Positions 18,153 to 28,557 are shown, numbered from the stretch's first letter. The stretch: DNA of 64,000 bases from Myxococcota bacterium (GCA_041611735.1 JBFIML010000003.1:32001-96000), one strand, 5' to 3'. Notes: a model not told the origin generated them from the letters alone. Program-made: numbers and translations.

Positions 18153-20552
18153 ATGCCTGGGTCGCAAGCCGCCGCCTCCTCGCCCCACCCGGGGCCGCCC
18201 GCCTGGCCCGGCAAGCCGGGGCGTCGCGTGGTCCTCCTGCTCGACGCGTCCAGCGCCCTGGAGCGGCGCGTCCTGGAGGACTGGATCGCCCGCCACCGCC
18301 CCGCGGAGGCCGGGGCGACGGTGGATGCCGCGCCGATCCCGCCCTCCCGCCGGCGACCGCGCCGGCCGAAGCTCGACGGACGCCTGGAGGTGCTGCTGTC
18401 CGGCGGGGAAGACCCGCTGCTGGCGCCCCTGCGGGTGGCGTGGCTTCCTCCCCGCACTCGTGAGGGGGAGAGGTCCGTGCGGATCGGCGAGCTGCTCTGG
18501 TTGGGTGATCCGCGCGATCCCGGAGGGCTGCGCCAGCGATGGATCCGCTGGCGCCACCCGGAACGTTGCCGGGTGGTGGCGGGCGAGCCGGCCCCGCTCT
18601 CCGAGCTGCGGGAGCGCTGGCGAGCGGCCTGCGGGGTGGACATCGCCGAGACCACGGGCCTGCCGGAGTTCGTGGCCCGTCAGGCGGCGCTAGCCCTGGA
18701 GCGGGCCGAGCGACGGCTGCGCGGGGCCCGCTACAAGGTGCCGCGCTTCGTGCGCGAGGAGATCCTGGGGCGCCCGGGCTTCCAGGGAAGCCTAGCCCGG
18801 CTCGCCCGCCGCCTGGGTCGCTCGGAGGCAAAGGTGCGTCGCGAGGCCGCCCGCGACCTGCGCGAGATCGCCGCAACCCACAGCCCGCGGGTGATCGATC
18901 TCGTGTCGGAGCTCTTCCGTCGCATGTACGCCCGCTCCTACGGCGAGGTGCTCCGCTACGACCGCCGCCAGCTCGAGGAGATCGCCGCCCTCTCCCAGCG
19001 GCACCCGCTCGTCTTCCTCCCCTCCCACAAGTCGAACCTCGACCACCCCGTGCTGCGCTACGCGCTGTACGAGAACGGCCTTCCGCCCAACCACACCGCC
19101 GGCGGGATCAACATGAACTTCTTCCCGCTCGGCCCCCTGCTCCGCCGCGCGGGGGTCTTCTTCATCCGACGCCAGTTCAAGGACGACGAGATCTACAAGG
19201 TCGTCCTGCACCACTACATCGACTACCTGATCGCGAAGCGCTTCGCCCTGGAGTGGTACATCGAAGGCGGCCGCTCCCGCTCCGGGAAGCTCCTGCCCCC
19301 CCGTTACGGCCTGCTCGCCTACGTGGTCGATGGCTACCGCCGGGGCAAGAGCGACGACGTGATCCTGATTCCGGCATCCATCGCCTACGAGCAGATCTCC
19401 GACGTGCCCGACTACGTGGCCGAGCAACGCGGCGGTCCCAAGGAGCGCGAGAGCTTCGGCTGGTTCCTACGCTTCGTGCGGCGCCTGAGCCTTCGCTTCG
19501 GCGACATCCACATCCGTCTCGGGGAGCCGCTTTCCCTGGCCCGGGAGCTCGGCCCGCCGGACCCCGGCGCGGAGCCCGACCCGGACGAGACGAGCCTGAC
19601 GGTCCAGAAGCTCGCCTTCGAGGTCTGCCACCGCATCAACCGGGTCACCCCGATCACGCCGACCTCGTTGGTCACCCTGGCGCTGCTGGGCGTGGGCGAG
19701 CGGGCGCTCAGTGTGGACGAAACCCGGTTGGCGCTCACCAACCTGGTGCGTTCGGTGCGCGAGCGCAAGCTTCCCACCACCGGCGAGCTGGACCTGGACA
19801 CGGCGGACGGGGTGCAACGGGCCCTGGAAGCGCTGGTGCGCAGCGGGGTCGTGACGTGCTTCGCGGAGGGGCCCGAGGCGGTCTACGCCATCGGTCCGGA
19901 CCGGCACCTGGCGGCCGCCTACTACCGGAACACGGTCATCCACTTCTTCGTGACCGGCGCCATCGCCGAGCTGGCGCTCCTGCACGTGGCCGAGGCCGCG
20001 GTTCCCAACCATCGCGAGGAGCTGATCGAGGAGTCCCTGCGACTGCGCGATCTGCTCAAGTTCGAGTTCTTCTTCGCGGGACGGGAGGAGTTCCGGCACG
20101 AGCTGGCCCGTGAGATCGCGTTCCACGAGCCGCAGTGGGAGCGCTTCCTGCACGGGGGGGACGCGGAGGCGCACGCGCTGCTGCGCCGCTTCCGCCCCTT
20201 CAGCGCCCACCGGGTGCTGCGGCCCTTCCTGGAGGCCTATCGGGTGGTGGCCGACGCGTTGTTGCGCCACGACCCGATGCAGCCCCTGGACGAGAACGCC
20301 TTCCTGGCCTCCTGCCTGCCCCTGGCCCGGCAGTACGTGCTCCAGCGCCGCATCCGGAGCCCGGAGTCGGTCTCGAAGGTCTACTTCCGAAACGCCCTGC
20401 GGCTGGCCCGCAACCGCAACCTGTTGGACCCGGGCGCCCCGGATCTCCTGGAGCGTCGGCGCGCCTTCGGGGCCGAGATCGCCGACGCCGTACGCCGGGT
20501 CGACGCCATCGACGCCCTGGCCGCCGCCCGCCGGCTGGGGATCGCGGAGTAG
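18153..20552 (+). CDS. plsB: Glycerol-3-phosphate acyltransferase
   Basis: FLPSHKSNLD (HxxxxD), GVFFIRR, IEGGRSRSGKLLPP. Confidence 0.92.
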   Translation: MPGSQAAASSPHPGPPAWPGKPGRRVVLLLDASSALERRVLEDWIARHRPAEAGATVDAAPIPPSRRRPRRPKLDGRLEVLLSGGEDPLLAPLRVAWLPPRTREGERSVRIGELLWLGDPRDPGGLRQRWIRWRHPERCRVVAGEPAPLSELRERWRAACGVDIAETTGLPEFVARQAALALERAERRLRGARYKVPRFVREEILGRPGFQGSLARLARRLGRSEAKVRREAARDLREIAATHSPRVIDLVSELFRRMYARSYGEVLRYDRRQLEEIAALSQRHPLVFLPSHKSNLDHPVLRYALYENGLPPNHTAGGINMNFFPLGPLLRRAGVFFIRRQFKDDEIYKVVLHHYIDYLIAKRFALEWYIEGGRSRSGKLLPPRYGLLAYVVDGYRRGKSDDVILIPASIAYEQISDVPDYVAEQRGGPKERESFGWFLRFVRRLSLRFGDIHIRLGEPLSLARELGPPDPGAEPDPDETSLTVQKLAFEVCHRINRVTPITPTSLVTLALLGVGERALSVDETRLALTNLVRSVRERKLPTTGELDLDTADGVQRALEALVRSGVVTCFAEGPEAVYAIGPDRHLAAAYYRNTVIHFFVTGAIAELALLHVAEAAVPNHREELIEESLRLRDLLKFEFFFAGREEFRHELAREIAFHEPQWERFLHGGDAEAHALLRRFRPFSAHRVLRPFLEAYRVVADALLRHDPMQPLDENAFLASCLPLARQYVLQRRIRSPESVSKVYFRNALRLARNRNLLDPGAPDLLERRRAFGAEIADAVRRVDAIDALAAARRLGIAE

Positions 20553-20556
20553 GCGC

Positions 20557-21885
20557 CTAGAAGAGCTCCGCCAAGGTCCGCACGGTGTCGCCGAGGGCAT
20601 AGACGAGCACGAAGACGAGGACCGGCGGCACCGCGAAGCGCAACAGGCCCCGCCACAGGAAGAACCAGCGCACGCCGGGCGCCCCGACCCGCACCTCCGC
20701 CAAGGGGTCCGCCATCACCCAGCCCACGAAGAGCGAGAGGCCCAGAGCTCCCAACACCAGGAAGACGTTGCCGGCGATCTGGTCCATGGCGCCCAGGACA
20801 TCGAGGTTCAGGGCCGGCAGCACGCCGAGCGCGGCGATGGCGCTGCCCAGCACCTCCGCGGCCCGGCGGCGGGACCAGCCGAGGCCGTCGGCGGCCGAGG
20901 CCACCACCACCTCGAGCAGCGAGATGGCCGAGGTGAGCGCTCCAACCGCGAGTGCCACGAAGAAGAGGATGCCGAGCAGGCGGCCCGTGCTCCCCATCGC
21001 CGCGAAGGTGTGGGGGATCGTGATGAAGAGGGCCCCGACGGTGCTCCCGCCCACCTCCGACTGGAGCCCCAGGGCGAAGATCAGCGGAAAGATCATCAGG
21101 CCCGCCAGGAAGGCCACGCCGAAATCGGCGCCGGCGATCACCAGGGACTCATTGGGCAGATGGTTCTCGCGCCCGAGGTAGCTGGCGTAGGTGAGCATCG
21201 CGCCCATGCCGAGGCTCAAGCTGAAGAAGGCCTGGCCGGCGGCGTCCTTCAGGACGTTCGGGGAGAGGATCTTTCCGAAGCTGGTCTGGAAGTAGTAGGC
21301 ATAGCCCTCGTGCGCCCCGTCCAGGAAGGCGGCGTAGACCGCCATCCCCGCCACGATCAGGAACAGCACGGGCATCAGGAGCACGGCCGTCCGCTCGATG
21401 CCGCGCTTCACGCCGCCGGCCACGATGAAGATCGTGATGGCCATGAAGAGCAGGTGCCATCCGATGGCGTTGGCGCCGCTGGCCACGGTCTGGAAGGTCT
21501 CGGCCGGGTCGTCGCCGAAGCCCTCCACGATCGCCGCCACCGCGTAGCGCAGGGTCCAACCTGCGATCACGCTGTAGTAGGCAAGGATCACGAAGCCGGC
21601 GAGCACGAACAGCGCGCCGAGCGGTCGCCAGGCGGACCCACCGAAGTGCGCCAGGGCCTGGATCGGGCTCTGGCGCGCGCCGCGCCCCACCACGAGCTCC
21701 GCCAGCATCACGGGCAGGCCGATCAGGGCCGTCATGGCCAGGTAGAGCAGCACGAACGCGGCGCCGCCGTTCTCGGCGGTGAGATACGAGAAGCGCCACA
21801 TGTTGCCCAGGCCCACCGCCGAGCCCACGGCCGCCAGCACGAAGCCGGCCTTCGTGCCCCATTGCTCGCGCGGCGTCTCCTGCAT
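20557..21885 (-). CDS. Sodium-dependent transporter, NSS family
   Basis: GSAVGLGNMWRF, NGGAAF, GQAFFSLSLGMG. Confidence 0.95.
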   Translation of the reverse strand: MQETPREQWGTKAGFVLAAVGSAVGLGNMWRFSYLTAENGGAAFVLLYLAMTALIGLPVMLAELVVGRGARQSPIQALAHFGGSAWRPLGALFVLAGFVILAYYSVIAGWTLRYAVAAIVEGFGDDPAETFQTVASGANAIGWHLLFMAITIFIVAGGVKRGIERTAVLLMPVLFLIVAGMAVYAAFLDGAHEGYAYYFQTSFGKILSPNVLKDAAGQAFFSLSLGMGAMLTYASYLGRENHLPNESLVIAGADFGVAFLAGLMIFPLIFALGLQSEVGGSTVGALFITIPHTFAAMGSTGRLLGILFFVALAVGALTSAISLLEVVVASAADGLGWSRRRAAEVLGSAIAALGVLPALNLDVLGAMDQIAGNVFLVLGALGLSLFVGWVMADPLAEVRVGAPGVRWFFLWRGLLRFAVPPVLVFVLVYALGDTVRTLAELF

Positions 21886-21992
21886 GGCGCGCCCCCCCTC
21901 GGCGCCGGCCGGTCGGAGCCGGACCGGCGCGACGACCGTAGCGCTCCGCCCGCCGCTCGCACGAGCGGCCGGGACGCGGCAACGTACCGGTC

Positions 21993-22736
21993 ATGGCTCG
22001 ACCCGAAGACGCGAAGCCCTACGTCCTCGATCACGTGGCCGTAGCCGTCCCGGCCATGGCGCCAACCGCGCTGGTGCTGGTCGGTACCCTCGGCGCGCAG
22101 CCCTTCGAAGGGGGTCCGGGCGTGGGCTTCCAATGGTCCCAGTGGGTCTTCGCTTCCGGCGGACGCCTCGAGCTGATCGAGCCCCATGGGCCACCCGACG
22201 GCTTCCTGCACCGCTTCCTGGCCCGCCACGGAGCGGGGGTCCATCACGTGACCTTCAAGGTTCCGGAGCTGGCGCACGCTGCAGAGCGGGCACGTCGTTT
22301 CGGCTACGACGTGGTCGGCTACGACGATCGCCATCCGTCCTGGAAGGAGGCGTTCCTGCACCCGAAGCAGGCCCAGGGCATCGTCGTACAGCTGGCGGAA
22401 TCCCATGCAGAGCTCGACCCGGGGCCGCCAACGCACTGGAGCGGGCCGCCGCTGCCCGCGAACCCCCCGGCCGCGGTGCGCCTGCTGCGTCTCGAGCTGG
22501 TGGCACCCGACGCCGCCGCAGTGCGGCGCCAGTGGGGCGAGCTCCTGGGCGGGGTCGGCCGGGAGCAGGACGGGCGCCTGCTGTTCGGGTGGCCGGACTC
22601 GCCCCTGGGTGTGGCGGTGCGCATCGCGCCCGGAGCCCCGGGACCCACGGCCCTGGAGCTGATCGCGGACCGCGCGCTTCCCGAGCCGGTGCTGGCGTGC
22701 CTCGGCACGCCCCTGCGCTCGATCGAGGCCGCCTGA
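21993..22736 (+). CDS. VOC family protein (methylmalonyl-CoA epimerase-like N-domain)
   Basis: LDHVAVAV, LELIEP, GVHHVTFKV, AFLHPK. Confidence 0.8.
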   Translation: MARPEDAKPYVLDHVAVAVPAMAPTALVLVGTLGAQPFEGGPGVGFQWSQWVFASGGRLELIEPHGPPDGFLHRFLARHGAGVHHVTFKVPELAHAAERARRFGYDVVGYDDRHPSWKEAFLHPKQAQGIVVQLAESHAELDPGPPTHWSGPPLPANPPAAVRLLRLELVAPDAAAVRRQWGELLGGVGREQDGRLLFGWPDSPLGVAVRIAPGAPGPTALELIADRALPEPVLACLGTPLRSIEAA

Positions 22737-22777
22737 CCGTGACTCGCTGCGGGGCACCCGCGCCAGGAGGAGTTTCC

Positions 22778-23479
22778 ATGAGCGATCGCGTCTGTGTGGT
22801 GACCGGCGTCGGGCCGGGCAACGGCGCAGCCCTGACCCGCCGCTTCGCGAGCGACGGCTACCGGGTGGCCATGCTGGCGCGCACCGCGCCCGCCCTAGAG
22901 GAGATCGCGCGCCAGGTCCCCGGCGCACGCGGCTATGCGACCGACGTCAGCGACGCCAGCGCCGTGGGCGAGACCTTCCGCCGCGTGCGCGAGGAGCTCG
23001 GCCCCGTCGAGGTGCTGATCCACAACGCCGGAAGCGGCGTCTTCGGCTCCTTCCTGGACGTGACGGCCGAGCAGCTCGAGGAGAGCTGGCGGACCAATGC
23101 GCTCGCCCTCTTCCTGTGCGGACGCGAGGGGGTGACCGACATGCTGGAGCGGGGTCGGGGAGCCATCGTGGCCATCGGCGCCACGGCCTCGTTGCGTGGC
23201 GGGCCCAACTTCGCGGCCTTCGCCCCCGCCAAGGCCGCCGAGCGCTCCCTGGCCCAGTCCATGGCCCGGCTGCTCGCGCCGAAAGGGATCCACGTCGCCC
23301 ACGTCGTGATCGACGGAGTGATCGACACGCCCCGCACGCGTCAGTTCTTCCGGGATCGCCCCGACGCGTTCTTCCTCCAGCCGCAAGCCATCGCGGAGAC
23401 GGTGTTCCAGCTGGTGCAGCAGGATCGCTCCTCCTGGAGCTTCGAGCTGGACGTTCGCCCCTTCGGCGAGAGCTGGTGA
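22778..23479 (+). CDS. Short-chain dehydrogenase/reductase
   Basis: TGVGPGNG, HNAG, GATASLRG, FAPAK, HVVIDGVI; GGAGG RBS. Confidence 0.92.
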   Translation: MSDRVCVVTGVGPGNGAALTRRFASDGYRVAMLARTAPALEEIARQVPGARGYATDVSDASAVGETFRRVREELGPVEVLIHNAGSGVFGSFLDVTAEQLEESWRTNALALFLCGREGVTDMLERGRGAIVAIGATASLRGGPNFAAFAPAKAAERSLAQSMARLLAPKGIHVAHVVIDGVIDTPRTRQFFRDRPDAFFLQPQAIAETVFQLVQQDRSSWSFELDVRPFGESW

Positions 23480-23658
23480 CGGCGGGCAGCCCGACGCGCC
23501 GGTGCAGGAACGCGCAACTGGGTCGCCAGGCGCCGGAAGCGGCCCGAGTATCCGCAGCGCTCGCGGCCGGCCCGCTTTTTCCGGTGGGAAAGCACGGCGT
23601 CCGCGGATACGATGTTGGGTCCGATGGGGGAGGGAGCGACCCGGCGTTCGCGTTTGCC

Positions 23659-23692
23659 GTGGAGCCGCTGCCGCTGATCCGGAGACCGAGCT
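23659..23692 (+). promoter_or_regulatory. Shared leader motif, copy 1
   Basis: GTGGAGCCG..CGCTGA..CGGAGACCGAGCT, repeated at 28517-28557. Confidence 0.5.
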
Positions 23693-23701
23693 GAAGCGAG
23701 T

Positions 23702-24427
23702 ATGAGCATCGAGAACAACGGTCGCAGCCTGGCGATCCTGGGATTCCACAAGATCGGGAGCCCCCCGAAGGACTGGCCGAGCTGGTTCTACGTGCCCGAG
23801 GAGACCTTCGTCCGCTTCCTGGAGGAGCTCCGGGACGGCGGCTGGGAAGTGCTCGACGTCCCGCGCCTGCTCGCTGGCCTCGAGCGGCCGGAGGGTCTGC
23901 CGCAACGGGCGGCGCTGCTGACCTTCGACGACGGCTATCGCTCCATGCGAGACGTCACGCTGCCGTGTCTCCAGCGCTTCGGCCATCCCGGGGTGCTCTT
24001 CGTCCCCACCGACTACGTCGGCAGGCTCAACTGCTTCGATCGAGGCGTGGAGCCCGAAGAGGCGATCTGCGACTGGGAGGATCTGCGCGAGCTGCAGCGG
24101 GGAGGCGTCTCGATCCAATCCCACGCCGCCTCGCATCGGCGCCTCTCGGAGCTCGGCCCCGCGGAGCAGGACCACGAATTGATCCGCTCCAAGGCCGTGC
24201 TGGAGGAGCATCTGGGATCCCGCGTCGATACCATCGCGTTCCCCTACGGAGACCCGGGCCGGAGCCCGCAGGAGTCCGCGACCGCCCTGAAGGACGCCGG
24301 CTACCGGGCGGCTTTCCTGTACGGAGGCGGGACGCTGCGCCTGCCCGTTGCGGACCCCTACCGCCTGGCGCGCCTGGCCATGGGACCGGACACCGACCTG
24401 AAGGCGGCTCTGGAGGGGGCGCCATGA
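23702..24427 (+). CDS. Polysaccharide deacetylase (NodB/CE4)
   Basis: LTFDDGY, QSHAASH, IAFPYG. Confidence 0.92.
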   Translation: MSIENNGRSLAILGFHKIGSPPKDWPSWFYVPEETFVRFLEELRDGGWEVLDVPRLLAGLERPEGLPQRAALLTFDDGYRSMRDVTLPCLQRFGHPGVLFVPTDYVGRLNCFDRGVEPEEAICDWEDLRELQRGGVSIQSHAASHRRLSELGPAEQDHELIRSKAVLEEHLGSRVDTIAFPYGDPGRSPQESATALKDAGYRAAFLYGGGTLRLPVADPYRLARLAMGPDTDLKAALEGAP

Positions 24428-25587
24428 GTTCCCGGCTTCGCATCGTCGTCTCCGGCCTGATCGCGCAGTATCCCCTGGGCGGGGTCGCGTGGGACTACCT
24501 GCAGTACGTGGTCGGGCTGGCGCGCCTGGGTCACGACGTCTACTACCTGGAGGACACGGGACTCTGGCCGTACAACCCGGAAGAGGGAGGACTGGCCCGG
24601 GAGAGCACCTTCACCGTCGGGTACCTGGCCACCCTGATGTCGCGCTTCGGCCTCTCCGACCGCTGGGCGTACCGCTTCCCCCACAAGGAGCAGTGGTTCG
24701 GGCTCGAAGACGGCAAACGCGCCGAGGTCATCGCGTCCGCCGACCTGCTCGTCAATGTCTCCTCCGCACTCGCGCGCCCGTCCGAGTACCGCGCGGTGCG
24801 GAGGCTCGCCTACGTCGACACCGACCCCGTCTTCACCCAGGTCAAGCTCGCTCGCGGACAGCCGGACTTCCGCAAGCTGATCGACGAGCACGACGTGCTC
24901 TTCAGCTACGGCGAGTGCCTGTCCGACGCGGTTCCTGACACGGGAGACCGCTGGCTTCCCATGAGGAAGCCGATCCTGCTCTCGGAGTGGAATCCGGCGG
25001 CCCCCCGCCGCGAAGCCTTCACGACCGTCATGAACTGGACCTCCTACAAGGACGTCGTCTTCGAAGGCCAGACCTACGGCCAGAAGGACGTGGAGTTCAT
25101 GCGCTTCCTGGACCTGCCCGGCCTGGTGGCCCCGGCGCAGCTCGAGATGGCCGTGGGCATGGGAAAGACGCGGCGCGCTCCGGCGGATCTGCTTCGCGCC
25201 AAGGGCTGGCGGCTCGTGGACCCCATGGTCGTTTGCCCCGACCTCGACGGCTATCGCCGCTACATCGAGTCCTCCAAGGCCGAGTGGACCGTGGCCAAAC
25301 ACGGCTACGTGGTGGGCCGCGCCGGCTGGTTCAGCGGCCGCTCTGCCTGTTATCTGGCCGCCGGCCGCCCGGTGGTCGTCCAGGACACGGGCTTCGAGCC
25401 GGTGATTCCGGTCGGGGAGGGCATCCTGCAGTTCCAGAGCCTCGAGGAGGCCGCCGCCGCCGTGCGCGAGGTCGAGGGCGACTACGAGCGTCACGCCCGG
25501 GCCGCCCGGGCGGCGGCCGAGGAGTACTTCGACTCCTCCAAGGTGCTCGGCCGCTTGATCGACGCCGCGCTGGGTGGAGGCTCCTGA
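24424..25587 (+). CDS. Uncharacterised GT-B-like putative glycosyltransferase, paralogue 1
   Basis: PLGGVAWDYLQYVVGLARLGHDV, DTDPVFTQ, GWFSGRSACYLAAGRPVVVQDTG; ATGA coupling. Confidence 0.75.
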   Translation: MSSRLRIVVSGLIAQYPLGGVAWDYLQYVVGLARLGHDVYYLEDTGLWPYNPEEGGLARESTFTVGYLATLMSRFGLSDRWAYRFPHKEQWFGLEDGKRAEVIASADLLVNVSSALARPSEYRAVRRLAYVDTDPVFTQVKLARGQPDFRKLIDEHDVLFSYGECLSDAVPDTGDRWLPMRKPILLSEWNPAAPRREAFTTVMNWTSYKDVVFEGQTYGQKDVEFMRFLDLPGLVAPAQLEMAVGMGKTRRAPADLLRAKGWRLVDPMVVCPDLDGYRRYIESSKAEWTVAKHGYVVGRAGWFSGRSACYLAAGRPVVVQDTGFEPVIPVGEGILQFQSLEEAAAAVREVEGDYERHARAARAAAEEYFDSSKVLGRLIDAALGGGS

Positions 25588-27253
25588 GGGTGCGGAAGCC
25601 AGCCGGGGTGAGAGCCCGCGCGTGAAGTCGCGGCTCGGGGATCTCCTGAAGACCCTGGCGGCAACACTCGTGGTCTTCGCCGTCGCCGAGGTCGTGATCC
25701 GGGCGGCCTACTTCGTCCGCAACTCGGCGGCGGATTCGGTGCCCCTGCCCTACGTGATCGGGCACGGCTACGGCCCGCTCCCGCCGTGGCTGGACGATCT
25801 CCGCATCCTGGAGCCCGATGCAGGCCTGCTCTGGAGGAGCCGCCCGAATCTCCGCCGCAAGTACATCGACGTCTTCAGTCCGGTGCGAAACGAGGAGGAG
25901 CGGGTCCTCCTGCTGCGTCGCTTCCTGCCCAGGCTCCCGGCCGACCTGAGCGACAACCCGACCTGGGAGATCTCGCTCAACTCCGACGGATTCCGGGACG
26001 TGGAGTTCCGGGAGAAGGGACCGGCGAGGTCGTTCCGCATCCTCTGCCTGGGCGATTCGTGGACCTTCGGCGCGAACGTGGGCCAGGACCAGGCCTACCC
26101 GGCGCGGCTCGCTGCCCTGCTGCAGGGGGAGTTCCCGGAAGCCGGGTTCGAGGTGCTCAATCTGGGGGTCCTCGGATACTCGTCCTTCCAGGGCCTGGAG
26201 CTCCTGAAGCAGCGTATCGACGCCCTCGCACCCGATCTGGTCGTGATCGCGTACGCCATGAACGACTCGGCGGTGTCCGGCTGGCGCGACGAGGATGCCC
26301 GTGCCCGGCAGGGACCGCAGCGTCCCGGGACGGACCGGCTGGGCGCCGTGCTGGAGCACATCGAGTCCTACAAGCTGCTCCGCTATTGGGCTCTCGTGCT
26401 TCGATGGCGAGGCGAATCGCTCACCGATCATCTGCGGCGGACGACCGCCGCCGCCGCGAAGCCCCGGGAGGCCCTGGACTACGAGCAGCTCGCGCCCTGG
26501 ACGCGGGTCCCCGCCCCGGACTACCAGCGGAACGTCCGCGCCATGATCGATCTGGCCCGCAGCCGGGGTGCCGAAGCAATCCTGCTCTACAACCAGCTCT
26601 CTGCAGACGCCGGGGAGGTCGCAGGCATCGGCCGGGTGGGGCAGGTCAGTCCCCATCGGGCGGCACTCGGGGAGATTGCCCGACAGGAGCGCGTGCCCCT
26701 GGTGGACGGCAGCGTGCTGGTCGAGCGGGCCAGGCAGCGCATCGAGGAAGCGCTGGAGCGGAAGCTCGGCCTCCAACCGCCTCCACCGAGGCAGGCCGAG
26801 CCCGGCCAGGAGATCGAGGTGATCTTTCGCGTCTACACCGGGGATCGTCCGGTTCCCCAGGGCGTCTACGTCGCGGGAGCCCATCCGAAGCTCGGGGATG
26901 GCGTGCCGAACCGGGTGGCCCTGCACGACGACGGCACTCGCGGTGACCAGAAGGCCGGAGACGCGGTCTGGTCCCTCTCCGCCACGTTCTCACCGGGGAC
27001 GACGGCGTTCTACGTCTACACCAACAGCGGCAAGGAAGGAGAATGGGAGGGGCTCGACGTGCCGCATCTGAGGCGCCTCACGGTGGACGACAGGCATCGC
27101 CGGGGGCATGCACATCTCCCCATCGAAACGTTTGGCGAGATCCACATGCAGGCCGACGGCTGGCACACCAACGCAGAGGGCTACGAGCTGATCGCCCGGG
27201 CCGTGCTCGATGCGCTCAAGGGGCTCGAGAAGATCCGCGCTCATCTGCACTAG
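25574..27253 (+). CDS. Membrane-anchored SGNH/GDSL hydrolase with an inserted beta-rich domain
   Basis: N-terminal TM, LGDSWTFG, NLGVLGY, AYAMND, DGWH; alternative start GTG 25622. Confidence 0.85.
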   Translation: MEAPEGAEASRGESPRVKSRLGDLLKTLAATLVVFAVAEVVIRAAYFVRNSAADSVPLPYVIGHGYGPLPPWLDDLRILEPDAGLLWRSRPNLRRKYIDVFSPVRNEEERVLLLRRFLPRLPADLSDNPTWEISLNSDGFRDVEFREKGPARSFRILCLGDSWTFGANVGQDQAYPARLAALLQGEFPEAGFEVLNLGVLGYSSFQGLELLKQRIDALAPDLVVIAYAMNDSAVSGWRDEDARARQGPQRPGTDRLGAVLEHIESYKLLRYWALVLRWRGESLTDHLRRTTAAAAKPREALDYEQLAPWTRVPAPDYQRNVRAMIDLARSRGAEAILLYNQLSADAGEVAGIGRVGQVSPHRAALGEIARQERVPLVDGSVLVERARQRIEEALERKLGLQPPPPRQAEPGQEIEVIFRVYTGDRPVPQGVYVAGAHPKLGDGVPNRVALHDDGTRGDQKAGDAVWSLSATFSPGTTAFYVYTNSGKEGEWEGLDVPHLRRLTVDDRHRRGHAHLPIETFGEIHMQADGWHTNAEGYELIARAVLDALKGLEKIRAHLH

Positions 27254-28132
27254 ACCTCCCCGGCCATGCGGACAGATCGCGACCGATCAACGCGCCCAGC
27301 CCCTGGACGTCCTGCTCGAACTCGGCTTGCAGCCGCTCCCGAAGCTCCCGAGGTCAAGGCCGCGGTATTCAGCCTATCCACGCCCAACCGGTAGAACAAG
27401 CGCTGCTTGAGCCCCTGAAGGCGACGGGAGACCTTCTCGCTGGATCTCCACAGCTCGAGGTAGGCGCGCTCGACCGACTTGCTACGGGTCCTGCGTTGGA
27501 CGTTGTGCTTCACGACCCCGGGCGAAACCGATCGTTCACGCCGAGGAACCGGAGCACCTGCCCATAGGTGCGCGAGGTGTCGTCCCGAAGGTCTTCGGAC
27601 GGGACGATGTGAACCCTCTCGGGTCCGAACTCCCGGAGGAAACGCTCGACCTGACCGGCGTATCGGGCCACCGCGCGATACGAGACGTCGCGTCGGAACG
27701 ATCGCGAGCGCGTGCCTCGCGGCGAGATCTGCTGCGCGGCCTGGAGCTCCATGGCCGTGTAAAAGTCCTGGACCGCCTGGTGGCCGGCTACACGTGATGC
27801 GTGTGAAGCGAGAGCACCATGTCGACGGAGTTGCGCAACAGGATCAGGATCCGCGCGTCGGGAGAGAAGTCGCGGATCTGCTTGGCGGCGGTCTGCGAGT
27901 AGAGGTACCAGACCGACGCCTCGCCAGCGACACGCGCGCCACCCGCATGCTCGAACAGGGCGCGGGAGCGGCTCTCGTCGCGGAGGGAGGTCGGGTCGTA
28001 CGGATCGCTCCCGAAGAAGTGGGGCTCCTTCACGGGCGACATGAAGATCTCTTCATGGGCTGCCAGGTACCGGTACAGCGACGTGGTGCCGCAGCGGGGC
28101 GCGCCGACGAGGAAGAGATTCGGTACTGTCAC
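27250..28132 (-). pseudogene. Disrupted sulfotransferase
   Basis: PNLFLVGAPRCGTTSL..KEPHFF..GEASVWY..LRNSVD ends at a stop at 27788; homology continues in another frame (YAGQVERFLREFGPERV..EDLRDD..VLRFLGV) and probably a third. Confidence 0.8.
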
Positions 28133-28516
28133 GCCCCTTCCGATCGCCGTCCGGACGGGCCGCCAGTTCGGGCGCGTCACGAAGCAAGCGTCCCGACGGA
28201 AGGGAACCGCGCATTCCCCCGGGCTGCCAGTCGATCCAGGGGGTGTCGAAGCAAGCGGAGCAAGGGGTCCAGCGGTGGGCAGCGAACAGGCAACTCGTTC
28301 CACAATCGGCGGAAGACTGGCGGGTTTTCGGCCTCCGGCCGTCGGGATCGGCGTCACGGAGTCGCATGGGATCGGCACCTTTTAGGGGCTGCAAACGCTG
28401 TTTGAGCAGTATACGATGGGATCCCCACGGGCGACGGGCTGAAGCCGCCCACCAGCCGGAGAATCGGGAGGTCGGGCCCGAGGATCCAAGGTTCGGATGC
28501 CGTGGGGCGTCCCCGA

Positions 28517-28557
28517 GTGGAGCCGAACATCTGCTGCGCTGAGTCGGAGACCGAGCT
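28517..28557 (+). promoter_or_regulatory. Shared leader motif, copy 2
   Basis: GTGGAGCCGaacatCTGCtgCGCTGAgtCGGAGACCGAGCT. Confidence 0.5.

Noticed and set aside
23563-23580. Intrinsic terminator after the SDR gene
   Set aside because: Only a 4-bp stem before the T5 tract; too weak to call.
28372-28395. Possible sigma54 promoter (TCGGCACC...TGCA)
   Set aside because: GG-to-GC spacing does not fit the -24/-12 rule.
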